Below are positions 29,061 through 39,615 of a stretch of DNA of 57,918 nucleotides, piece after piece. Location: positions 1 through 57,918 of the IMG/VR virus record IMGVR_UViG_3300032799_000270. One strand, written 5' to 3'. The notes below the pieces were generated by a model. That model worked only from the letters and a program-made list of their open reading frames with translations. It made no database searches and was not told the origin of the DNA. The translations under genes and the position numbers were made by a program. Source of the stretch: a virus (taxonomy: Duplodnaviria; Caudoviricetes). The first letter of the stretch is position 1. Every line of letters begins with the position of its first letter.

Positions 29061-31332
29061 TGCCTGGATCTTCCACACGGTATGCGCCTCCAGAGATGCT
29101 CAACAGCTTGTTGATCGGGTCATAAAGGAGGAACGGTTGACGCCCTGATTCCTCCCCAAGTTGGTGTTCATAGTCCGTTAACTTGAAGTTCTGAAACCCC
29201 TTTTCTGTTTGATAAACGAGCGAGGTCAACACCCCGATCGCCATGGAATCCTTCAGCCACTTCTCGCCGTCCATCTTCAAGGCTTTCAAATCCAACTCCT
29301 GATCGCCGCCTTCGATGTACAACTGCTGGCCGTCTTCCGAACTGCACAGGTTGGGAGCGCCCTTTGTGAAGCTGATTGTGGCCTCCAGGTTGGTCAGCGT
29401 GGCGACCTTCAATTCGACCAGGAGCCCCAACTGAGTGAGCCACTCGTGCTCCCGCTTCTCGGTGACGATCTCCAGGGTTTCGCCTGGAGGCTTCCCGTGG
29501 AAGTCTTCGTAGAGCGCAGCGGCATCGGATTCAGGATTACTTCGCCCTCTACCCACCAAACTATTCCAGGAGTTTACAGCATTGTCCGTTTCAGGAAACC
29601 TCACCTTTTTTTCCAAACGGGAATGGAGTGTCCCACGACGTGCTGGCTGGTTCGGGTCTGAGCTGATAGTCCCGCCAGGATGCAGCGCGGGGCTGGGGAC
29701 CTCCACGTAGAGAGGCTTGCCAAAAGGTTGGTCCCCAGGACCGTATGCTCTGCCGCGAATCACCGCTACCGGCAAACCATAACTGCTTGCACTGTGCTTC
29801 GTGGTCAGCCGAACTTCAACAGCACGCCCTTTGGCGTCGTAGGTTATGACCCTTTCGTCTCTTGGCGGATTCCCGGCACGTCGAGCCTTGGCCGCAATTC
29901 GCTGAAACCGCTTCGTGCCGTACTTGCGCCTCCCGATCCACGCCGCCAATGCACCAGGGTCTTCCACGCCGGGCCGGGCCGCAAGTTTCGACTCCAGGGC
30001 AGCGAAGCGTTCGCCAGAGCCGAGATCGTCCTCAGGATTCCGCCGCCGCATGAGCAGGCCCTGGCCGGTCACGGTAGAGATATGACCAATGAGCTTCTTG
30101 TAATTGGGAACGCCGTAGGCGCTCTTGATCCGGTAGATGTTGCCGGTCCCCCGGTCGAGCATAAATGCGCCGCTAGTGCCTTCATCCAGCATGGCCCACC
30201 GCTGCTTGTACTTCACGGTATGCGGATAGTACGTATCGTAGTTGAGGTTCGGGGCATCATGCTCGAATCTGGCACGACCGGCCTCATGCCAGTCCTTCAA
30301 AAGCACGTCCACCTTGGACTTCCACTCTTCAGGCCAATCGGGAGCAGGATTCTCATACGCCTCGCACAGGTCCTGCGCCGTCATGGCCGCCGCCTGCTCG
30401 TCAGGGGTGGCCTCCTGAAACTCTGGCCGGGTGGTCATGCCCAAGTGCTCATCGTAGGAGGTAATGGCGTCGGCTACGTCGGGGGCGGGGTTCTGTCTCC
30501 GAATCTGCCGGATGAAACTGTCAAGCAGATTCTGCGCCTCGGCCTCCGAAAGCCCCGAAACGTCGTAGACCTCTCCCGACCCGCCGCCCATGAACACCTT
30601 TACCCCATGGGAGGACATCAGCCGGTAAACTTTACGGGCTTGGTCAATTGAGGTCCCTGCAGATGGGCTGTTCACGAAGGTTCGGAAAAGTTGTTTGTGC
30701 GGTGGGTCCACGTCCGCCCATCCGACGATGTGAATAGGTCCGAGGTCTTGTGGATAAAAACCGGGGGTGGGGTTTACCTTCGCCCTTGCCTCGTCGTTCC
30801 ATCCACGCATGAAGTCGCCCCAGGCGTATCCCCACTCTTCACGATCCGCAATACTCGGTGTGAGATTGACTGTGCCGTGTTGGGCAGCAGCATAACGAAG
30901 TTTGGAGCGACCGGCGCGGTAGGCATCGCTTTGATGGGCAGGTTGCGGGTTCGGCCTTGTCCCCGGCACAATCGTCCTGAACTCCTTGTACTTCCCCGGC
31001 GACTGCTGCCGGAACCGCCAGAAGGTGGCGCCCTCATCCTTGCCGCTGCCCGTGAATCCATGCTCCTGAAGCCAGGTCTTCGCGGCGTCTCCAGTCCACT
31101 TCAGCTTGTCGAAGATCACGGACTGAACTTCGGAGATCCGGCGACCGGCTTTCCGTGCGATGCCCAGCACGAACTTGATGCCGCTGTCGGGATTCGCCAT
31201 AGCTCCGATCAGCAACTCCACGTCGGGGACGGGAGCGGCGAGCAGTGCTCCGACCTTGGCCAAGGTTGAAGGCCGATGTTTGGCGGCCCGGTGGATGGCA
31301 TGATGCTTACGGGCTGTGGCGTGTCGTGCCAT
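29050..31332 (-). CDS. Large modular protein built of NP-delimited segments
   Basis: 760 aa; eight xxNP junctions separate compositionally unrelated blocks. Confidence 0.75.
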   Translation of the reverse strand: MARHATARKHHAIHRAAKHRPSTLAKVGALLAAPVPDVELLIGAMANPDSGIKFVLGIARKAGRRISEVQSVIFDKLKWTGDAAKTWLQEHGFTGSGKDEGATFWRFRQQSPGKYKEFRTIVPGTRPNPQPAHQSDAYRAGRSKLRYAAAQHGTVNLTPSIADREEWGYAWGDFMRGWNDEARAKVNPTPGFYPQDLGPIHIVGWADVDPPHKQLFRTFVNSPSAGTSIDQARKVYRLMSSHGVKVFMGGGSGEVYDVSGLSEAEAQNLLDSFIRQIRRQNPAPDVADAITSYDEHLGMTTRPEFQEATPDEQAAAMTAQDLCEAYENPAPDWPEEWKSKVDVLLKDWHEAGRARFEHDAPNLNYDTYYPHTVKYKQRWAMLDEGTSGAFMLDRGTGNIYRIKSAYGVPNYKKLIGHISTVTGQGLLMRRRNPEDDLGSGERFAALESKLAARPGVEDPGALAAWIGRRKYGTKRFQRIAAKARRAGNPPRDERVITYDAKGRAVEVRLTTKHSASSYGLPVAVIRGRAYGPGDQPFGKPLYVEVPSPALHPGGTISSDPNQPARRGTLHSRLEKKVRFPETDNAVNSWNSLVGRGRSNPESDAAALYEDFHGKPPGETLEIVTEKREHEWLTQLGLLVELKVATLTNLEATISFTKGAPNLCSSEDGQQLYIEGGDQELDLKALKMDGEKWLKDSMAIGVLTSLVYQTEKGFQNFKLTDYEHQLGEESGRQPFLLYDPINKLLSISGGAYRVEDPGIID

Positions 31333-31637
31333 TAGCGTTTCCTGGTCATCATGAACAGCGTGGCGGCTCCCACTCCGGCAATCACCAGCCACATGGCGGG
31401 CGCCCGGCAGTAGACCGTATCGCCGGCCGATTGCAGATCCTCGTACCACTTGCAAGGAGCTTCGACCTGGCGGGCGTAGTCCCGTTCGATATAGACCGTG
31501 GGCGACGGCTGGTAAGCGGGGTACATCATGGGGAATGGAGGCCCCGGTGGTGGACCCGGCGGTGGCGGCCACGGTGGAGGTGGTGGAGGCGGGGGTGGTC
31601 CGTTGCCGATCCCCAGAAGTGTTGCATTGGTCATCAT
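31332..31637 (-). CDS. Pro-rich small membrane protein
   Basis: Poly-Pro tract; C-terminal TM plus RKR. Confidence 0.7.
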   Translation of the reverse strand: MMTNATLLGIGNGPPPPPPPPPWPPPPGPPPGPPFPMMYPAYQPSPTVYIERDYARQVEAPCKWYEDLQSAGDTVYCRAPAMWLVIAGVGAATLFMMTRKR

Positions 31638-32818
31638 CAAGCTGTCCTCCTGTAAGCTCCGGTATGCCCGTAGTGCCGGCGCCTCAATCTCCAAATCTCC
31701 CTGGAAAACCGGGAGCGGTCATCGGCGGAAGTCGCATGAACCATCTCGACGGCCGCCGGAACCGTCATGGCATCCGATTCGCCTTTCATGGTCAGCAGAG
31801 CCAGAGCGTACTGCCGGTAGCTTTCCGCTCCCCTGGCTGCGGGGTTGTATTGCCGGGTGAGACGCCCATATCCAGAAGCCCGCAGAGTGTTGGCGTGCAG
31901 CATGTTGCAACTTCGGCAAGTCCAGATCAGATTTTCAGGCCGGTCGTTCTCTTCGTGCCCATCGACGTGTCCGATCTGAACCTGCTGATTAGTTCCGCAG
32001 AAGGCGCAGAGTTTCGGCCCGATGGGAGGATTGGCGTTGGCCCGGTATCGGTAGGCTCGGTCGGTGAGGTGGAGTTGCGGATTCCTCCGCTGCGCATCCA
32101 CAAACCGCTTGGCGTCCTTCAGGCTATCAAACCGACTGTCGGGGTCAATCGACACCTGATACCCGTCCCCAACCCTGAAAATCCTAGTGCCCTTGTAGCC
32201 GAAACTGGGGGCCTGGGCTGTTCTGTTGTCACCCTCCTCGACCCCACGCCAGAACTCGCGCTCCAGCCTGCTGCGGATCTGCGGAGACCGCTTGTCGAGC
32301 TTGGCCTTGACTAGCCACGGCTCAAATCCTGAGGTGTCCCCGATCCGTGCTCCGGCTTGGCGTGCCGCTACCATGGCCTCGGAGAAGGTGGGACCGGCGG
32401 GGTTTTGCTCTGCCATGCTTCGGGCTACGGACTCCAATATTTCATCCCTCAGGTTTGGATTCGTCAAAGGTTCGGCAACAGCAGCCGGATGGTAAACGGC
32501 ATAGTCCAGACTCCCGATTCCGTGTTTAGGGCCAGACCAACCGTGCTGTAGCCACCATTGCAACGCGAATGCTCGTGGCACAATCAACTGTGGGACGCCG
32601 GGCATCCGAATTTGTTCCTTGAGCACAACCTCTGTAAGTCTTGAATGCCTTGGGTTCTGCTCGGCGCAGTAGTAATGCACCTTCCCGCCCTGCTCGCTGA
32701 ACTTCCAGGTCTGGCCCGGAAGAATCGGCTTGTCGCACACCTTGCAACGCGAGGCCAGGGCGTAGAACTTCTTCAGGCTGGGTGCCCCGACTGCCCGTCT
32801 TGTGTCCTGTGCCGCCAT
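31637..32818 (-). CDS. NP-delimited modular protein with Zn-finger and HNH-like modules
   Basis: CKVC..HYYC; CAFCG..GHVDGHEENDRPENLIWTCRSCN. Confidence 0.7.
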   Translation of the reverse strand: MAAQDTRRAVGAPSLKKFYALASRCKVCDKPILPGQTWKFSEQGGKVHYYCAEQNPRHSRLTEVVLKEQIRMPGVPQLIVPRAFALQWWLQHGWSGPKHGIGSLDYAVYHPAAVAEPLTNPNLRDEILESVARSMAEQNPAGPTFSEAMVAARQAGARIGDTSGFEPWLVKAKLDKRSPQIRSRLEREFWRGVEEGDNRTAQAPSFGYKGTRIFRVGDGYQVSIDPDSRFDSLKDAKRFVDAQRRNPQLHLTDRAYRYRANANPPIGPKLCAFCGTNQQVQIGHVDGHEENDRPENLIWTCRSCNMLHANTLRASGYGRLTRQYNPAARGAESYRQYALALLTMKGESDAMTVPAAVEMVHATSADDRSRFSREIWRLRRRHYGHTGAYRRTA

Positions 32819-32822
32819 ACTG

Positions 32823-35800
32823 CTACTTGTTCTTGCCTCCGGCAAAGACCAACAGTGCAATCACTGCCGCCCCGCCCAGCAACAGCACAGGCGGAAAGCT
32901 GGACAGAAAAGCCCGTGCCTGCACTAAAGGATTGCTCGACCGAGCTACCCCTGCCGGTACGTGACACTGGATGTCTTCCCAGCCTATTACTCCGTCAACC
33001 AAGCGCGCCCGGTAGAATGGCGAGTCTGTCCCAATATCCGAAACCCCGAGTACGCAGCAAGTCCCCAACCGTTTCTGCTCTTCTGCCGTTGCTTTGCGGT
33101 CGATATACGTGATTCGGGCCATGCGCGCTTGGTACTCAGCTTCCTCTCCGGCGCTGTACCCCCCCGTGCCGATCACATCTGCCATCAGTTGCGCTGCCGG
33201 TCCATCTGCGTACACGTAATCATCGCATGCGCCCGAGGCGCGTTCGGAGAAGTTGTAACCTACCCCCACTAATCCTTCTAGCCCGAGCATGTGCTGATTT
33301 ATGTGTGCCATGTTTCGACTCTAAACTCCACCGATCCGGTACGGCTGGAACTGGACAACTGGCCCCTCTGCCTCAACCGGCATGTAGGACTCGGGAACAC
33401 CCTTATTGACCGGCTCGCCTTTGTCCCGCAGCAGCAGCCAAGCCGCCAGAGCCACCACCCCGAGCATCACTACATCCTTCGTTTCCATCAGCGTTTCACC
33501 ATCAGCTCCCACCGCGAAGGCAACCGAACCCCTACGGCGAACGCCACCGCCTTGACCTCCCGCACAATCACCGGAGTGGAACTGAGCATGCTGGCGGTCT
33601 TACGCGAGGGCGTCACGAAACCCTGCACGCCGGGAATCCGGTACTTGAAACCGCCGCGGTCCTCGATTGCCTCCACCGTTATCATTGGTTCCTCAGCAAA
33701 AGCAGCGCCGCGACTCCGACGCCAGCGACCAGCCACCAGTTGAACTGGCAGACCGGATACACCGTGCCGATGTCGCAACCCGAAAACGGCCCGGTGTCGC
33801 TCGTGCATTTGATCGGTCGTTCGCGCTCCCACAAAGCACAGGGAGCCAGTTTCGGTATCGGAACTTCATCGGTCATCAGCATCGCCGTTCCAAGTGAAGT
33901 CAGCATCACGCCTCCCACGGGCTCCGCATGGGCCGAAACTCGACCGCCTGATTCATCGCCTCTTGCCTCTCGGCACACCCGCCGCACTGCCGAATGTGGA
34001 GGGCGTCGGTCAACTGCTTGATGAGATCCCCACCGCGTACCCGTTCCTGAAGGAATGGGACTGGGATGCTCAAGAGTTGACGAACGCCCCCCTCTTCGGT
34101 GTTTGGGAAAAAGCTCATACGAACTTCTGATACCTCCTCGGCCTTGCGGCCCTGATACTGGCCACTTTGGCTTTGTACTGAGCGCGGGCGGCTGCAATCT
34201 CTGATCTACGTTGACTTCCGCCGCCACCCGTGAACAGCACCAGACCGACGATGCCCACCCCTACTACGGCCCAGGTCTTCCAGTCGCCCATTGACGAGGT
34301 GACGGATTTCAGCACGTCATCAACCGCCCCGTCCAAACCACACAACCCGACTTCGCAACGACGAGCAGGGGGGCCGCAACCGAGACCAACCGGCCCCAGG
34401 GGATTTTCCTCAACCGCTTCGGCCAGTTTCTGTTTGGCCAGGATTTCAAGCACAATCGGGTTGGGAGCCCAGGTCGAGATGCCGCTCACGATGGCGCTCA
34501 ACCCGAAGGCCCGGCGGATCGGGTTCTCGGGGATCGACCACAGGGCCGGCAGGAAGACCCCGATGCCGGGAGCGAGATGGGATGTCAGCATAGTCACCTC
34601 TTCATCAAAAACAGCACTACAAGCACTGCCCCGCCGATGAGGAGAAGCGGCCCGTAGTCCTTCAGCACTTTCTCGGCTTCTTCGGCCGTCAAGGGAAGCT
34701 TCCCTTCGGGCGCCCACTCGCCACTGGCTTGTTGCTCGGCCAGATACTTGCGCCAAGCCTCCTGAGTTCGTTCCAGGCTCGACTGCGACAAATCCACCAC
34801 CTCATGCCCGGTGTAGATGGCTTCGCCTTCGGCAGTCATAGCCGGAGTCCCTGGAGGTTCAAACGGGATGGCTTTGGGTATCTCTCCGTATTGGTGTTCC
34901 TCGTAGACCTCGGCGGCGAACTCCCCGCAGAACATCCTGGCCAACCAGGAGCCTTCAGGAAAAATGCAGCCCTTCAAGTTCGCCAACCCGGGATGGAGGA
35001 TCAGATGCGCCATGTCAGTCCCTTATCACCAGTAGAGCCACCACTCCAAACGCCCCCAAGATCCACCATTGCAAGTTGCTGGCCTTCGGCTTCTCTGCCG
35101 TGCCGGTTGCGGAGAACGAAGGCACTCGGCAAATCTCTTCACAGTTCCCCGCCCCAGTCTCCAGGCAACCGTAATAGCACGAGGCTTCAAGCGTAAAAAA
35201 CTCGCTCACCGTCTGCTGCCCCAGACCGAGGCTAACGTGCATGCTGCCCTCCCAGTCTCACCCGCCCGTAGCCGTCCATGTGGAACCGGAGCTTTCCGAA
35301 GTTGCTCCGTAAGGCCCGGTCGATCTCCTTCTTGTGCGTCCCGTAGATGCCCCGTAGCAACAGGTTGGGAGAACCTTCGACCAGACGCTCCAGAACGCGG
35401 ATCGCCAGGATGTCCACCCGTCCGGTCGGGTCGGGCCCGCGCCGGCGAACAGGAACCGAATTGGTCTTGGCCTTGGCCATTACCGCTTCCTTGCTTTTGC
35501 CTTTCTGCTGGTCTTCTTCTTTCTGCCGCCGAAGATCAAAGCTCCAGCGGCCACCGCAGCGGCAAGCCACCACCAGGCCGGAAACGAACACGGAACTTCG
35601 GCTTCAGCCAGGGCGCTCTCGTAGCAGCCCTCGGGAATCTGCCAAGCGTAGCAGTCCATGATCGGCTCCTATGCCCAACCCAATGGCATGAGGTAGCCCA
35701 TGCCGCTGATGCCGGCCGTCACCCGCCTTGCGAGGTACTCTTCGGCGTAGATCGCACCTGGGTCCGCCCCGCCCGCCAACAGATCGCGCTGCTGCTCCAC

Positions 35801-37870
35801 GCCGGTCTTCTGGGAGACCATCCAGTTCCATTCGCCGATGGTGAGCCGGCCGTCCCAACCTGCCGCTGAGCGGCCTTGCGCGAAGTTGAACAGGTCGTTC
35901 CGGGAGATGGCCGCGAAGTCCGCAGGCTTGGCTTGCTCGACCGCCGGTTTCTCGGCTTCCTCGGCTGGTTTTGCGGCAACTGCTCCACCGAGCAGGCCGC
36001 TCGTCTGCAAGTACCGATAGACCATGTAGCCCGCGCCGCCGATGGCCAGCCAAACGATCAGATTGCCCTTCATGATGTCCTCCGTAACAGCACGTAGCCC
36101 GTTCCCAACAGAAGAGCTGCCAGGATCGGGTTCCGACCGATCCAGCAGTTGAAACCTGAGAGCCAATCGGTCGGAACGAAATACTGAACCACCGGGGCGG
36201 GCTTGGCCTTGATGGTGGGATGCCCCAAGCTCTGCTGGGCCGCTTCCATCATCTCGGGTGTGACCGTGCCGGCCCACATGCACAGATCGGTGTCGATGAT
36301 GCCCAGGCCCGTCACTTACCGCTCCCCATGACGAGAAACAGAACCAGCGCCGCTCCACCGACTAGGAGCAACGGATTCGAGGTGAGCGACTCCATCCAAC
36401 TAGGAGCCACTTCTTGCTTTGCCTGGTCCGCCAAGGTTTCCACGACGGTTTTCTGTGGAGGCGGTGCGGGTTGTGGCACGGCTTCGACCACGAAGGCCAG
36501 TTGTCCCGCCGCCACTCCACCCACGCTGAAGTCCTGCACCCAGGTCCCGATTTCGGCCGAGGTCATCCGGCCGCCGGTAGTCCAGACGCCGGAACTGTTG
36601 GTACGGCCCATCACGGTTCGGTTGCGTTGGCCGGCGGGCCCGCCTACCGATAGCACGTCGGAGTTAGGAGGCCCCGAAACTTCCAGAGTCCAGGAATCGC
36701 CGACTCGCAGCAGAGACGTGTTGCCCGTCGAGGTATTGCGAAAAGACAAGGTGGCATTGTAGCGAGATTCTTCTCTGCCAACGTAGCGGCCCTCTTCTCC
36801 GGCAGAGGGAATCACGGCAGGCTTTTCGGCCGCTGGCACGTATGCCGGTGGCGTTTCTTCGGCCGAAAACATGAGCCGATAGCGGTCTGCCTGAATGGTG
36901 GCGATGTTCTCCGGGCTGTAGATCCACCAGGGCTGACCAGACTGAGTGAGGTCCGTGGACAGTTCAGGGTAGCCCGTCATCCTCATCCATACCCTGACGT
37001 TGGGAATGGAAAGCCTCTGAGGTTCGACGTTACTCTCCATGCGTGTAGTGAAGCCGCGAGCCTGAAGCGAAGCCGCAACGGAGGCCGCAAACTCCTCCAC
37101 TGTCATGGCCCCAAGGCTCCCCAAGCTGAGCATCATTTCCCACCTCCCGCAGTCAGACCCAGCACCAGCAACGCCGCAGCTCCGACGAGCAACAGCCCAC
37201 CTCCACCCGCTCCTCCATCCGTGAACAACCCGCCCGTCAGGGTGTCGATCAGCGATCCGTCCACGCCCAGAATAGGATCGGGCTTCACGTTCGGATCGTT
37301 GGCGATCGGGTCCCGGTAGCCCACGAACCAGTTCCAACATCCCCCAGCTTCTTGCCATTGGCACGACCCGGCTTGGCGATCCGAGATGCAACGCTTCCCC
37401 GGTTCGCCGTACTGTTCCAGTTCGCAGTTCTCGACTAGCGTGTTCCAGACCGCATCGAAGTTGGCCAGCGCCTGAGCTTGAGAGGAAACCGTGTGCGGGC
37501 CGGCTTGGTAGGCGCGGACGTTCTCCTGAAGCATGGGCTCAAGCTCGTTCACGATCTCCGTGGTCTGCACCTTCTGATGGGGGCCTTTGCGATTGAACCA
37601 GGCGGTCAACGCGAGAACCACCGCAGCTACAGCCACGCCGATAATGGGGATGGCCAATGATGCCGCAGCCGCTCCTGTCGCAGCTCCACCACTCGCAGCC
37701 GCTGCGCTACCTCCAGCCCACAAAGGAGCTGTGCCCATGGCAATTGCCCCAGCCGAGGAAACAGATTGCAAAGCGATCCTCTGCCCTGCGGTCTGTTGCC
37801 CCAAGCCGTAGACTCCCTGCATCCCCGAGGACCAGGGAGAGTAGGCCGGGCTGAGGGGCTGCAATCGCAC
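32823..37870 (-). other. Cluster of small virion membrane proteins (32823-33311, 33321-33488, 33682-33906, 34115-34591, 34594-35013, 35015-35242, 35480-35659, 35669-36073, 36070-36315, 36312-37136, 37133-37870)
   Basis: Most end in a single TM (e.g. LLLGGAAVIALLVFAGGKNK) plus a basic tail; start/stop coupled. Confidence 0.75.
35480..35659 (-). CDS. 59-aa membrane protein absent from the ORF track
   Basis: MDCYAWQIPEGCYES...PAWWWLAAAVAAGALIFGGRKKK...RKR; fills the gap and its stop overlaps the next ATG. Confidence 0.7.
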   Translation of the reverse strand: MDCYAWQIPEGCYESALAEAEVPCSFPAWWWLAAAVAAGALIFGGRKKKTSRKAKARKR

Positions 37871-38485
37871 TTAGTCTCGTTCCTCGACGTGACTGACATG
37901 CTTGGCATCCCAAGGCCAGTCTTGTGGATCGCCTTTGCGGTAGACGCTATGCGTGTACACAATAGTAAGGAGAGTACCGTCTGGCGCTACTACATCTTGC
38001 ACCCAACGCTCCTCTGGGCGATACTCGTCAACGAATGCGTTCCCAACTTCCCTGCCGGATTCCCTGTCAGGTTTGAGTTGCTTAAAACTGAAACCAGAAA
38101 ACAGCTTTCTGGGGTTGTGCAGCCTGCCCCCGTTATTACCTGTCACCATCACCACCGACTTGACCCGTCTCCCCAGCTTGCGGACGGCCTGCATGGCTGC
38201 CTTGAGGCTGGCCGGGTTCTGGCTCTTGAGCGGGATCTTGAGTTGGATCTCGCCTGAGGGGAGACGGCGGACCTGGGCGCGGAGGCCGGGGTTCTGTGCT
38301 TCTTCGGGGTAGAGCTTGCGAAATCGTTTGCCTTCTCTGAGACCAGAGGCATATCCCCCGGATTCTATTCTGCGTATCTGGCGATCAGACAGCATCCGAG
38401 AGAAGCCAGCCCATTGCTCCGAAGATTCCTGTTGGCTCATCTCAGTGGCTTCCGCAAACCCGCGCAAGAAACTTGTTGGGTTCAT
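37871..38485 (-). CDS. Basic NP-motif modular protein
   Basis: AQNPG, SQNPA and LHNPR junctions. Confidence 0.65.
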   Translation of the reverse strand: MNPTSFLRGFAEATEMSQQESSEQWAGFSRMLSDRQIRRIESGGYASGLREGKRFRKLYPEEAQNPGLRAQVRRLPSGEIQLKIPLKSQNPASLKAAMQAVRKLGRRVKSVVMVTGNNGGRLHNPRKLFSGFSFKQLKPDRESGREVGNAFVDEYRPEERWVQDVVAPDGTLLTIVYTHSVYRKGDPQDWPWDAKHVSHVEERD

Positions 38486-38488
38486 CGT

Positions 38489-38800
38489 CTACCTCCTCCT
38501 CCCGATCCGAATCTGGATCTGCCCGCCCTTGCGCGAGACCATGGCCGGGGTCCACCGGCTGGGGATGGCGGGATTATTCTCCGTGAGTGGTGAGTCGGAG
38601 CTTGCAAAAACCCGGCCACGGCTGTCCTCTACCCAAACCCATGCCCCATCACCAATACGGTCGTAGGCTGCCAGCAAGCCACGAAGGTCCCGAACGCCTC
38701 TGATGCCTTCATCGACGGCCCACTTTCTGGCGGCTGCATCCAACGTGGCTGCTCTTACATCACCCGAAGCGGCGTCCGATTTGAAATAATAAGTAGGCAC
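38489..38800 (-). CDS. Basic protein with duplicated C-terminal module
   Basis: GTG after a GGAGGAG RBS; ends NPAIPSRWTPAMVSRKGGQIQIRIGRRR. Confidence 0.65.
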   Translation of the reverse strand: MPTYYFKSDAASGDVRAATLDAAARKWAVDEGIRGVRDLRGLLAAYDRIGDGAWVWVEDSRGRVFASSDSPLTENNPAIPSRWTPAMVSRKGGQIQIRIGRRR

Positions 38801-38802
38801 GT

Positions 38803-39273
38803 TTATCTCCTCCCCATCCGGATCTGGATCTGCCCGCCCTTGCGCGAGACCGTGGCCGAGGTCCACCGGGTCGGGATGGCAGAGGGGCCGGGGTTCGCCT
38901 GTGCGCCTGCCTTGTCACCCACAACGGCCCACTGCCCGTGAACCTTTCTGGCGCGGAATGAACCAGGCACGAAGAAGCCAGAGCGTGTCTGCTTGTAGAC
39001 GTTGTTGTAACGCGCCATCTCTTCGGCTTGAGACTTCGACTGCGCGTAACTCCAAATGTGGATGGCAGAGGGGCCGGGGTTCTGCGCTCTGCCTTTAACT
39101 TTGCGAGCGTGTTCGGTGGGAACGTCGTGGAGACCGGAAGAGGGCGTGTCAATCACCATGCGGCCGCCAGCCTTGATCTGCTTCACGCGACCATGGAGGC
39201 GCTTGCCAAACCACGGAACGGATACAGTATCCCCAACTCGAAAACGAACGTGAGGGTTTGACCGTCTTGCCAT
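38803..39273 (-). CDS. Basic protein with SH3/KOW-like N-terminal module and duplicated C-terminal module
   Basis: FRVGDTVSV..GRVKQI; NPGPSAI twice; ends RWTSATVSRKGGQIQIRMGRR. Confidence 0.65.
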   Translation of the reverse strand: MARRSNPHVRFRVGDTVSVPWFGKRLHGRVKQIKAGGRMVIDTPSSGLHDVPTEHARKVKGRAQNPGPSAIHIWSYAQSKSQAEEMARYNNVYKQTRSGFFVPGSFRARKVHGQWAVVGDKAGAQANPGPSAIPTRWTSATVSRKGGQIQIRMGRR

Positions 39274-39276
39274 CGT

Positions 39277-39615
39277 TCACCTCTTGGCCAGCATGAACAC
39301 CAGCAACAGCGCGGCGCCGCCGAGCAGCACCAACCCCATGCCAGGGCTGCCCTGCGCCGATACTCCCACTGTCCCAACCGGCAACGTCACTTGGCTGCCC
39401 GCCGGCTGCACGTAGGTGAACACGCCCGGTGAGGTCTGGGTCAGTACGCCGCGGGCGATGTTCTGCTGTGTGAGAATGTTCTGCCCGGTTTTGCTCCAGC
39501 CCGCAATCTGTTCGGAGAGAATGTCCCAGAAGCCCTTGCCTGATGCGGCAGTGTTTTCCTGAGCAACCTCTCCTGATTGGCCCAGCCCGCAAGGCGGATA
39601 GCAGCCTAGCATCAT
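39277..39615 (-). CDS. Small C-terminally anchored membrane protein
   Basis: CGLGQ motif; ends LVLLGGAALLLVFMLAKR. Confidence 0.7.
   Translation of the reverse strand: MMLGCYPPCGLGQSGEVAQENTAASGKGFWDILSEQIAGWSKTGQNILTQQNIARGVLTQTSPGVFTYVQPAGSQVTLPVGTVGVSAQGSPGMGLVLLGGAALLLVFMLAKR

Noticed and set aside
38489-38520. IRIGRRR tail as a self-target of array 2
   Set aside because: Only four consecutive dinucleotides match (AT CG AT GG); the next codon is AGG, not CGx
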